Shown: positions 24,264 to 32,000, counted from the first letter of the stretch. The stretch: DNA of 32,000 nucleotides from an uncultured archaeon (GCA_964551375.1 CAZKBG010000001.1:60001-92000), one strand, 5' to 3'. Notes: generated from the letters alone by a model not told the origin. Numbers and translations are program-made.

Positions 24264-25085
24264 TTGTTAGGATTTGTTTTAGGAAAAATGCAGATGCTGT
24301 TTTTTGCAGTAGGGGTTGCAGTTGTCGCGCTTTTATTTTACAACTTTATAGTAACTCTTGGGCTTCATCAAGATGCAAATAATATGCTTCTTACTAATGC
24401 CAGAATTGTTTCAGACCAATTGAACAGCGATTTAACCTGCTCGTTCAAAACAACTTCCATTCAGGACAGATTTTACTATGGGATTGGCGGAATTCCGCTT
24501 TATTATGATTTAGAAATGACAAAGCAGAGCTTTGGGGATGCGTCGCTAGGAAACCAGCAAAACCAGCTGATTATGAGAATTGTTGAGCATAAATCCTCCA
24601 CCCGCCAGAATCAGACAAAAAATGTTCTTGCCACAAAAGCAATTCTAACAGATGCGCAAATAGTTCTAATCGACCCGGGATTTTTGAAAGAATTAGCGGG
24701 AATCAGCGATGTCCACTATAATAAAGATATTATTGCGCTTTATCCAAGAGCCGGCTCTTCAAGCGAACTTCAAGCATCTTCTCCTGATTCTTTTGTTGCG
24801 CTAAAAGAAATTGAGAACGGAAAAACAACCATTTACATAATCCCTTGCGCGACAGCAAAAGAAAGCCAGTCAAATAACTGTCTGAATAACATTCTAAGAC
24901 TTGGGTGCTATAAACTTTCAAAAGAATACACAGGAAATCTTAATGCAGATAACCCTCTTCTTCCATCCTGCTTTAATGTAACAACACAACTGGGTCCTGA
25001 AATTGAGCGCTCAAAGAACTTCCGCTGGGCTGACTGCTCTAATGTCGGATTTGTTAACGCAAACATTGGAATGTACACTCCCTAA
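24264..25085 (+). CDS. Exported protein P6 with an N-terminal hydrophobic anchor (273 aa), 6 Cys
   Basis: (TTG)LGFVLGKMQMLFFAVGVAVVALLFYNFIV. AAGGTG lies about 8 nt upstream of TTG 24264. Alternative ATG starts are 24288 and 24294. No family recognised. Confidence 0.55.
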   Translation: MLGFVLGKMQMLFFAVGVAVVALLFYNFIVTLGLHQDANNMLLTNARIVSDQLNSDLTCSFKTTSIQDRFYYGIGGIPLYYDLEMTKQSFGDASLGNQQNQLIMRIVEHKSSTRQNQTKNVLATKAILTDAQIVLIDPGFLKELAGISDVHYNKDIIALYPRAGSSSELQASSPDSFVALKEIENGKTTIYIIPCATAKESQSNNCLNNILRLGCYKLSKEYTGNLNADNPLLPSCFNVTTQLGPEIERSKNFRWADCSNVGFVNANIGMYTP

Positions 25086-25137
25086 AGCAAATCAAAACTA
25101 TTATTAATAAAGAAGAGTTACTTGTGGTAGTGGGTTT

Positions 25138-25713
25138 ATGTTTAAATCAAAAAAAGGTTTTATTGGCCCGATTGGGGACGACTTGCCTTCACTTGTTCCA
25201 ATAGTTGTATCTCTGCTTTTGTTTTTCACAACTTTCACCCTTGCGCTTAATACTTATAATACAAAAAATGCTTTCATAAACCAGCAGACTGAAATGACTT
25301 CGGTTGCGAGAGAATTAAAGGGAGATTCTCTGATTTTGGGAGTGGATTGGTTTGAAAATAAATGCAAACAGCTCAAAATGAAAAGATATCCAAATAATTT
25401 CATTGCGGCGATTTATGATTCAGATGTTGAAATGAATTTAATAATGGCGGATTTTTTAGGGCTCTCAGCAACAAATCCCACGCTTGACCCTACTGCCGCG
25501 ACTTTATTAAAATCCGTATCCCAGTCAGACGGCTCCCAAAAACCATTTTACTGCGAGTACAAAAAGATTGGCGCGCAGCCATTTTCAGCGAGCTCAAAGA
25601 AGCGCTATCAGGTGAGATTTTATCCGGTTGCAGTTCAATATGGATTTACTGCGGCAGGAACAACTAATCACTTAATTATCCCTGGATTAATGGCGATGGT
25701 GGTTTGGGAATGA
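25138..25713 (+). CDS. Exported protein P7 with an N-terminal anchor (191 aa); possible atypical prepilin motif K-K-G/F
   Basis: MFKSKKGFIGPIGDDLPSLVPIVVSLLLFFTTFTLAL. The C-terminus is beta-strand-like (HLIIPGLMAMVVWE). Confidence 0.55.
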   Translation: MFKSKKGFIGPIGDDLPSLVPIVVSLLLFFTTFTLALNTYNTKNAFINQQTEMTSVARELKGDSLILGVDWFENKCKQLKMKRYPNNFIAAIYDSDVEMNLIMADFLGLSATNPTLDPTAATLLKSVSQSDGSQKPFYCEYKKIGAQPFSASSKKRYQVRFYPVAVQYGFTAAGTTNHLIIPGLMAMVVWE

Positions 25714-26525
25714 ATAATTTCTCAATTTTAAATAGAAGAGGGCAGGCGGCGCTTGTTGACTCGCTCTTTTTCATTGCAATTGTCTCAATAGTATGCACCG
25801 GGCTTTTTTACTTTACAATAAATTACGGCACTTCAACAGAGACTTTGTTAAATTCATTTTATGCCTCGGACTTTTCAATGGACTCTCTAAAAGTAATTTC
25901 TTATGTTAATGTAATGCGTGACGGAACAGGCGTTTCATCGCAATCAGTATCAGGCGCAGGAGCAAATCCTGCCCAGTTTGATTATATGCTTGCAATGATT
26001 AAGGAAGATTATGCAAGAAACAGGGAAGTAAGCTTTCAGACAAAAACCGCAATTGCAAACACAATCCACTCCGTCTTAAAACCGTTTGACGATTCCACTG
26101 ATTATGTTTTTTACATTAAAAGAGAAGGAGGGGATGTTTCAGGAAAACAATTTTTGGCATTTATCATAGCTACAAGAAAATGCACTGGGGATTGCTGTGA
26201 CGGAGAATGCACTCCGACTCCGGGGGATCCTCAATTAAGCGTTGAAAGAACTTATTATGCGTGCAATCCAGCGCAAGAGAATGTAATGCAGAAATTTGTC
26301 TATCCTTATGTCGGCAGGGTTGATTCAGCAGTGGGAAGAATTGCACTAAGCGACTTTGCAGGGAATTACACTTATTATTTGATGGGAATTGATTTGTGGG
26401 TTGCGAAGAAAACCAAAGCGACTGATGATATTGTCTCAAAATCAGAAGAAACAGATCCAGCATTAAGGGAATCGGATTTTGACTGCAACAGAATTCCAAT
26501 TACTCCTGTTGCCGGGGCGCCTTAG
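25710..26525 (+). CDS. Prepilin-like exported protein P8 (class III signal peptide), Cys-cluster domain
   Basis: MNNFSILNRRGQAALVDSLFFIAIVSIVCTGLFYF. ATG 25710 overlaps the P7 stop (ATGA, 25710-25713), which suggests translational coupling. Internal cluster KCTGDCCDGEC. Confidence 0.65.
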   Translation: MNNFSILNRRGQAALVDSLFFIAIVSIVCTGLFYFTINYGTSTETLLNSFYASDFSMDSLKVISYVNVMRDGTGVSSQSVSGAGANPAQFDYMLAMIKEDYARNREVSFQTKTAIANTIHSVLKPFDDSTDYVFYIKREGGDVSGKQFLAFIIATRKCTGDCCDGECTPTPGDPQLSVERTYYACNPAQENVMQKFVYPYVGRVDSAVGRIALSDFAGNYTYYLMGIDLWVAKKTKATDDIVSKSEETDPALRESDFDCNRIPITPVAGAP

Positions 26526-26554
26526 TTAAGTTTTTTTCTTAGTTAAGCTTTTTT
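26521..26554 (+). repeat. 17-nt tandem direct repeat CTTAGTTAAG[T/C]TTTTTT x2 at the operon end, a double T-tract and likely terminator
   Basis: 16 of 17 positions are identical. The first copy contains the P8 stop codon (TAG 26523-26525). Confidence 0.5.
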
Positions 26555-26580
26555 GATTTTATTTTAACCGCGGGTTTTAT

Positions 26581-27465
26581 TTATCTGGAAGTCTTTGTCC
26601 CACATTTTGGGCATAAATAGGAATCGCCCTGTTTTTTTGAGCACTTATCACAAAATGCAGTTCCGCAGTTAGGACAGTATAAAATTTTATCAGTATCCTT
26701 TTTGCAATTAGGGCATTCTTCTTTATCATCAAGCTCAATTCCGCCTATGTCATCCTCTTTAATGTCTTCAATGCTTGAAATATCATTCATTCCAGAGCCA
26801 GAAGAATCATCGCCCAAATCAAGGCTGAAATCATCATCAAAATTTTTCTTTTTCTGTTTGTCCTGCCTTTCATTATTTCCAAGAATATCCTTAATATCCC
26901 CAATCGGCGCCGTCTGTTCATCCGGGCCTATTGAATTTGTATTTTGTTTATCCTCTCCAGGCATTACTCTTCCAGAGTCAGCTCCTCTTCGCCCTCTCCT
27001 TTGACTTTGTCCGTGTGAAACTGGGGCGGCTGTTAATCCTTTTTCCGCAGCAAGCTCGTTAATATTGGAATTTTTTAATTGAGTAAAAAGATTCTCTGCA
27101 ATAGTGTCAGATTCTTTTTGATTTGGAAGCCTCTTATTTTCTCTCTTAAATTTCTCAATTTCATTAAGCGCAAGTTTTTCTTCAAGATTCTTCTCTTGGA
27201 TTTTTTTAAATTCTTCAGCATTCTTCTGGTCCATTTCAAGATTTACATCCTCATAATCCATTGTCGGAATGTGGCTAAGTATGCTTCTTCCAGTAGGAGA
27301 CTCATTATCTTCCTCATTTTTTTGCTGTCTATTTTGCAAAAATCTCCCGCTATTCTGCTCCCTATAAGGCGCGTTGTATCCTTCATTGTACTGCTCTTTC
27401 TTCTGCTCTGCAGTGCGGTAAAAACGCATCATCCTTCTTGGGACTTTTTCATCCATAAAAATCAT
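26581..27465 (-). CDS. Acidic low-complexity protein with C-terminal tandem zinc ribbons
   Basis: C-terminus ECPNCKKDTDKILYCPNCGTAFCDKCSKKQGDSYLCPKCG has four CxxC pairs. It is preceded by an Asp/Glu/Ser-rich stretch (DDDFSLDLGDDSSGSGMNDISSIEDIKEDD). Confidence 0.65.
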   Translation of the reverse strand: MIFMDEKVPRRMMRFYRTAEQKKEQYNEGYNAPYREQNSGRFLQNRQQKNEEDNESPTGRSILSHIPTMDYEDVNLEMDQKNAEEFKKIQEKNLEEKLALNEIEKFKRENKRLPNQKESDTIAENLFTQLKNSNINELAAEKGLTAAPVSHGQSQRRGRRGADSGRVMPGEDKQNTNSIGPDEQTAPIGDIKDILGNNERQDKQKKKNFDDDFSLDLGDDSSGSGMNDISSIEDIKEDDIGGIELDDKEECPNCKKDTDKILYCPNCGTAFCDKCSKKQGDSYLCPKCGTKTSR

Positions 27466-27506
27466 CTATAAAAATTACTCAATAAAATTAACCTATTCTA
27501 ATTAAA

Positions 27507-28226
27507 TTATTCTTTTTCATCTCCAAGCTCGTTTAATAGTCCTTCTTCAATCTCTTCAATTTCTTCATCCTCTTCCTTATACGCTTCCTCTTTTTTCTTC
27601 TTGCCTGTGGATTTTTTCTTGTCGTTAATATCAAGCGCCATTTGTCTTAATTTTGCAAGCGCGGCATTCTTCTGCTCCTTATTTGATTTACTTTCAAGTT
27701 CTTTTGTGTTTTTATCAATAACCTTTAGCACATTAGTGTTTTTGTCCTTAAAAACCTGATTTTTTATCATAGCAGGAGTAACTTTAGGAGTCGGACTGCT
27801 TCCTTTAGTCATCAACCCTTCTTCAAATCTAATCCTATCCGCCACAGGCATTTTCTCTTCCTTTGTAAGCCCCATTTTTGGAATAGCAACTTTTCTCTTC
27901 TTTTCCTCAACAAAAATTTCAGGATCAGCCTCTTCATGATACATTCTTTTTGCAAATGCAATTCCCATCAAAATAACATACATAGTTATTCCAAGCAAAA
28001 AGAAGTAATCCGAATTCATTCCTCCAAGCACTATTGCAGCAATTGGAATTCCAAAAATTAAAGCACCCGCTCCGTATCCATAAGCGATTTTATTAGTCAA
28101 AGCCTCAAGCTGAACATTAGGCATAGCAGTTCTTACTACCGAGTACCCAACGGAGAAACTCCCAAGCAAGAAAAAAGCATAAATAAGTTCCTGCATCAAA
28201 CCAAATCCTGTTCCTAATGCAATCAT
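27507..28226 (-). CDS. Membrane protein (about 4 TM helices) with a long Lys/Glu-rich cytoplasmic tail
   Basis: The N-terminal 100 aa are hydrophobic. The C-terminal half is KKKSTGKKKKEEAYKEEDEEIEEIEEG-like. Confidence 0.6.
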   Translation of the reverse strand: MIALGTGFGLMQELIYAFFLLGSFSVGYSVVRTAMPNVQLEALTNKIAYGYGAGALIFGIPIAAIVLGGMNSDYFFLLGITMYVILMGIAFAKRMYHEEADPEIFVEEKKRKVAIPKMGLTKEEKMPVADRIRFEEGLMTKGSSPTPKVTPAMIKNQVFKDKNTNVLKVIDKNTKELESKSNKEQKNAALAKLRQMALDINDKKKSTGKKKKEEAYKEEDEEIEEIEEGLLNELGDEKE

Positions 28227-28354
28227 AAAAGTTTTTTGTAGTATTTATTAGTTCTCCTATTCAAAATGCGCCAAAATTGCAACTTTTAATAAGCCAAAAT
28301 TAAGTCCAAAAGTTAGGGGGTAATTCTTTTATACTATTAATGCGTTATTTTTTC

Positions 28355-28948
28355 ATGGAATTAGTAGAAGTAATATTTGCTATTTTTGATTTTCTAAAAC
28401 TGGCGATTCCGCTCACAATCCTTGTTTTTGTGCTCTATAAGGCATTTTCCCCCGCAAAATTATGGCTTATTGAAAAGTATAATTTATCCTGGATGAAATC
28501 AGTAATCCTGCTAAATTTCATTATTGTTTTTGTATCTCTATTAGTATTTTATTTTTATTTTGTTCTCACAGGAACATTAGGCGCGGCTCCAATGGACCCT
28601 GATCTTCAATATACTTTAGGCGAGAATGCAATAATGGTTCTAATAGGAGCAGTTAGAGTTCTTGTTGCTGCAGTAATTCTCACACTCATTGTTTTGTTCT
28701 TTGAATTTATAGCAAGCCTTGCAATGGATTCAAATATAATAAAATTTGGGGCAAATACTGTAAAATCAAAAAAACATTCTTCTGAAGGGGCATCAATGGT
28801 GATGCAGATATTTGGCGTATTTGTTTCAGTAGTGATATTTTTGATTCTATTTTTGTTCATATTCGCATGGGTTCCACTTGGGCTTGTTGTATTCATTTTT
28901 TACGGCGGAGTAAAGGAAATTCCTCTGCTATTGATAGGGTTGATATGA
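28355..28948 (+). CDS. Polytopic membrane protein, unknown function
   Basis: The track start is ATG 28340. ATG 28355 sits about 25 nt from TATA-like TTTTATAC (28327-28334). There are about 5-6 hydrophobic segments. Confidence 0.6.
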   Translation: MELVEVIFAIFDFLKLAIPLTILVFVLYKAFSPAKLWLIEKYNLSWMKSVILLNFIIVFVSLLVFYFYFVLTGTLGAAPMDPDLQYTLGENAIMVLIGAVRVLVAAVILTLIVLFFEFIASLAMDSNIIKFGANTVKSKKHSSEGASMVMQIFGVFVSVVIFLILFLFIFAWVPLGLVVFIFYGGVKEIPLLLIGLI

Positions 28949-29029
28949 ACAGGGAAAGGGTTTATATTTGTTAAAACCGCATATTTCTTATTAGAATAAA
29001 GCGGTTTTAGTCGTTAGAGAAAGTAAAAG

Positions 29030-29061
29030 TTTAAGTTTTAGTGAGAAAATTTAAGTTTTAG
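29030..29061 (+). repeat. Two exact copies of TTTAAGTTTTAG (29030-29041 and 29050-29061) upstream of ATG 29082
   Basis: Read directly. The second copy is centred about 27 nt upstream of the ATG, so it may act as the TATA-like element. Confidence 0.55.
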
Positions 29062-29081
29062 GGTTAAAGGTTAGTGATGAA

Positions 29082-32000
29082 ATGAGTCAGGCAAGACAGA
29101 TTTTTTTGCATTCCTTAATAACAGGAATAATGCTTCTGTCGCTAATTTTAGCAAACCCCGGCTTTGCATATGCTGTTGAGTCAAGCGCAGGCGTTTTTAG
29201 TTTTGCTGCCCCTGCAGTAACTCCAAATACAACAGGGGGAATAGTTCTTCCAGCCTCAACAAGCGCAGGCACTGGCAGTACAAGCACTGGCGGCAGTACA
29301 AGCGGAATAGTCCTTCCAGGCGGAAGCGGCAGCGGTTCCACAGTAATTCCAAATTCTGTTCCTGCAGGAACATGCTCTGTTTCTCAATTAAAACCCTCCG
29401 AAGTGAAAGGAATACTTGACTTAACTCACGAAGGATTCAACGGAAAAACAATATCCGATAAAAAAATAGGGGATTCAAATGATTCAAACAAAAACGGAGT
29501 AAAAGACTTAGGAGATATGAGCGCAATTGGAAAAGATATTTCAGGAAAACAAGCTGTAAAAGTTGATTTGCCAACAATAGCCGCTCCCGCAAACAGATTT
29601 GCTTTCTTTGACGGCTCAAGAATTACAGGCCCATTTGGAATAGGATTAATTTTAGATGATACTTTAAGAGTGGGAAGATGCGATTATCCTGCTCAGGAAC
29701 AGGCGCTTTGCAAAATAAACGGCTCCGGGCTTCAAGTGCGAACAAGCGGAGTAGGATTCACTTCAGATATTACAAACGCGTTTAATTCGCTGAAAAACAC
29801 CGGGAAAAATCTTGCTGAAAACGCTCTTTCCCCAGATGATTACAACAAGATGCGCGGAAATTACCTTGACATTAACAGCAATGATTTCACAACAGGCTCG
29901 TTTGGAACAGGCGCTCAATTAAAAAATTCCATTCTTACCCAGCAGTATAATGCAAGAAACGCAACAACCTGCAATAACAGCTCATGCGTAATAAGCACTT
30001 ACTCTGCATTTGACAAATACTTTAATTCATGGCTAACAACTGACATGGTTGTTTCAAACATTGGTCCAACTTTGCTTCACAAAGGGTACAAATTATTTAC
30101 AAAAGGAGCAAAGTCATTTGGTGACGGATCGCTTGCAGGTCCATGGAACCAAGTAATGAAAGCAAAAAGAATGGTTTCTCCAAGCGAGATATTCGGGAAA
30201 CAAAGATACGCAAAGTATAATGCCTTGATTAAGGAAGAAGGATTTGGAAAAATATTTGAACCTCTAACTATACAAGGAAAGTTATTTAGCTCAGGCGCGG
30301 CCGGAGAAATAGATAAATTAGTTGCAAAAGACTCTCCAATTTGGAAACTTGACTCTGAGCAAAGAAAAAAATTCTTTGAGGCAGTGGAGCATTTGAGAGC
30401 TTATTCAATAGCAAATTCCGAGGCAATGTCTGCTGCAGAAGCGGCATTTAAGGCACAATCAGACGCAGCAAGCTTAATTGCAAATCCAGCAGCAAGAGCG
30501 CTTGCTGAAAAAAATGCGAAAATATCTTGGGGGCAAGATGTTTCAAGAGTATTCAACGATTGGGATGACACAGTATTTTTGGATTCGCCAGCATGGCTTG
30601 CAAAGAATGAAGATTTGCTTTCTCTTGGCGGATACGCGATGAAAAGAAACGGGCCTCCAGGGGCATGGCCTGATGGGCAGGGATATATTGATGTTTCAAC
30701 AAGCGGTTCATTTAATTTCAAAGAAGCATTGAAAAAATTCAGAGATGAAGGCGGTTGGTCAGGCTGGGCGAACAGCACCGACGCAAAGTCATTTGCAGCA
30801 AATGCTGACGGGAGCTTAAAACTTTATAAAATAAGCGAAGAAGGAACTGCGATTGCACAAAACGTTGGACTGCAGGACTTGAAATTTCATTTATCTAAAT
30901 CAGGCTCAGGAACTTACAGCGTAAAACTTCCTGACGGAAGACTAATTCCTTTGAATGATGCTTCAATTGACATGATTGCGGGAAACCCTGCACTCCCAGG
31001 GCATGTAACGATATTCAAATCAACTTATGTTGAAGCAACTCCTCTTACTCCAGAAGACTTTGCAAACAGAGTAACACACTCAAGAATAACAGGAAGGCCA
31101 AACACAGCAGTAAGAAATATGGATGACTTGCACAATGCTCTCCTTCAGAATGATTTTGCCCCAAGAAGATTCACAAGCGCACTTGATGAACAGTTTGCAA
31201 AAGAAGGGGATATGATAAAAAAATATTACAAAGACCCAACAGTTGGGATTTACAAAGGGACAATTCTTCCTGTATTTTACTGGAATGCAAAAAGAGGATT
31301 TGGGCAGGAACAATTCTCCGCATTTATGCTTCCTGATACATGGACAACTCTTACCGTATCTCAGGGAACAGACAAGATATACAAAGATTCCTATATTGAC
31401 TTTTACGCAAATGAAGGCTCGGATCAGGGAGACATGTTCAAAAGAGCATTCAACAGCTTAGCATTTGTTTGGACAAAAGCGTTGGATCTTGCTGCAGAAA
31501 CTAACACTTTCCTAAAAGATGGGATTTCAAAAGTGAGCGGCGGATTCTTTGAAGGAAGCGCGACAAGAGACATAGTTGGGGATTTGGCATTCTACTCTCA
31601 TAACGAATCATGCGCAGGATGCACAGGAAATATTAATTTCAAAAACAATTATTTCACACTTAATGGATTTAATTCAGGAATAGCAATGCAGGCATTTTTG
31701 CTTGAAGCAAAAACTCCTGAAGAAAAAGCAAAAGAAGGAAGCTTGATTGTTTCATATACACACCACTCAAACTTGAACGGAAAAAGCACTCAAATTGAGG
31801 GCGGCTCAATTGATATTGCAAAAGCAAGAATCAGCGGAGAAACATGCGACCAGAAACTAAGAAAAATGGGCTTAGGATGGGCAGGTTCAGGAGCAGGCGG
31901 AGTACTGGCACTTGCAGAAAATTTAGGATATGTAGTTGGATTTGGGCCAGGGCTTGTTGCAAGCTTAGTTCAGCAGATGTACTTTGGAAGAGAATTACAA
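29082..32000 (+). CDS. Very large secreted/surface protein, 5' part only (973 codons open to the window edge); absent from the ORF track
   Basis: I translated 29082-32000 in frame and found no stop codon. The N-terminus MSQARQIFLHSLITGIMLLSLILANPGFAYA is signal-peptide-like and is followed by a Gly/Ser/Thr linker with a duplicated GIVLP unit. The track ORFs 29087..29341(-), 29437..29619(-), 30401..30778(-), 31080..31313(-) and 31243..31461(+) are shadows or alternative frames within it. Confidence 0.75.
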   Translation, partial: MSQARQIFLHSLITGIMLLSLILANPGFAYAVESSAGVFSFAAPAVTPNTTGGIVLPASTSAGTGSTSTGGSTSGIVLPGGSGSGSTVIPNSVPAGTCSVSQLKPSEVKGILDLTHEGFNGKTISDKKIGDSNDSNKNGVKDLGDMSAIGKDISGKQAVKVDLPTIAAPANRFAFFDGSRITGPFGIGLILDDTLRVGRCDYPAQEQALCKINGSGLQVRTSGVGFTSDITNAFNSLKNTGKNLAENALSPDDYNKMRGNYLDINSNDFTTGSFGTGAQLKNSILTQQYNARNATTCNNSSCVISTYSAFDKYFNSWLTTDMVVSNIGPTLLHKGYKLFTKGAKSFGDGSLAGPWNQVMKAKRMVSPSEIFGKQRYAKYNALIKEEGFGKIFEPLTIQGKLFSSGAAGEIDKLVAKDSPIWKLDSEQRKKFFEAVEHLRAYSIANSEAMSAAEAAFKAQSDAASLIANPAARALAEKNAKISWGQDVSRVFNDWDDTVFLDSPAWLAKNEDLLSLGGYAMKRNGPPGAWPDGQGYIDVSTSGSFNFKEALKKFRDEGGWSGWANSTDAKSFAANADGSLKLYKISEEGTAIAQNVGLQDLKFHLSKSGSGTYSVKLPDGRLIPLNDASIDMIAGNPALPGHVTIFKSTYVEATPLTPEDFANRVTHSRITGRPNTAVRNMDDLHNALLQNDFAPRRFTSALDEQFAKEGDMIKKYYKDPTVGIYKGTILPVFYWNAKRGFGQEQFSAFMLPDTWTTLTVSQGTDKIYKDSYIDFYANEGSDQGDMFKRAFNSLAFVWTKALDLAAETNTFLKDGISKVSGGFFEGSATRDIVGDLAFYSHNESCAGCTGNINFKNNYFTLNGFNSGIAMQAFLLEAKTPEEKAKEGSLIVSYTHHSNLNGKSTQIEGGSIDIAKARISGETCDQKLRKMGLGWAGSGAGGVLALAENLGYVVGFGPGLVASLVQQMYFGRELQ

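Noticed and set aside
26702-27471. Plus-strand ORFs 26702..27004 and 27079..27471
   Set aside because: They are antisense shadows of the zinc-ribbon gene. Their products are Ser/Leu/Phe low-complexity strings typical of the reverse strand of Glu/Lys-rich genes.
24182-29061. Possible CRISPR array, suggested by short direct repeats at 24182-24218, 26521-26554 and 29030-29061
   Set aside because: There are only two copies each, the units are 12-19 nt, and spacers are absent or not of CRISPR size. No cas genes are present.
29074-29080. C-box-like GTGATGA, suggesting a C/D box sRNA
   Set aside because: No matching D box (CTGA) lies at the right distance and no terminal stem is present. The site is more simply the SD-like region of the ORF starting at 29082.
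1-32000. Diversity-generating retroelement, as known from some DPANN archaea
   Set aside because: I could find no reverse transcriptase ORF and no template/variable repeat pair of about 100 nt by eye. The only nucleotide-level duplications are the short paralog blocks at 4915-4950/9523-9558 and about 5158-5220/9763-9825.

Overview
AT-rich window that looks archaeal. This is an inference from three things: several proteins carry archaeal class III (type IV prepilin-like) signal peptides of the K-G-Q-x-x-I-E-Y-L kind, there is an XPD/Rad3-type Fe-S helicase, and A/T-rich TATA-like boxes sit about 22-29 nt upstream of many start codons (leaderless-style promoters). The many orphan and surface-protein genes would fit a small-genome, DPANN-like archaeon, but that is a guess. 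I call 35 protein-coding genes. I recognise no rRNA, tRNA, CRISPR array, integrase or transposase. Layout: (i) 0.3-4.8 kb holds accessory enzymes: GT2 glycosyltransferase, F420/NADP-oxidoreductase-like, a GGDEF-domain protein, NUDIX, hemerythrin-like. (ii) 4.8-12.5 kb holds a duplicated module in which a transglutaminase-like (Cys/His/Asp) protein sits beside a large surface protein with a prepilin-type signal peptide (one SBBP beta-propeller, one beta-helix adhesin-like). (iii) 12.5-18.4 kb holds XPD helicase, a CYTH-domain protein, membrane proteins and orphans. (iv) 18.5-26.5 kb is the most interesting part, a co-directional type-IV-pilus-like operon. It has a wHTH regulator, an oversized FlaJ/TadC-like polytopic platform protein and nine small exported, Cys-rich proteins. 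Four of the nine have clear [KR]-G-Q prepilin motifs, two paralogous pairs are present, and one is an unannotated 51-aa Flp-like mini-ORF. No secretion ATPase or prepilin peptidase occurs anywhere in the window. (v) 26.6-32 kb holds a zinc-ribbon/acidic protein, two membrane proteins and a >970-aa secreted protein that runs off the right edge and is missing from the ORF track. All functional calls rest on motifs read by eye. No database search was possible.
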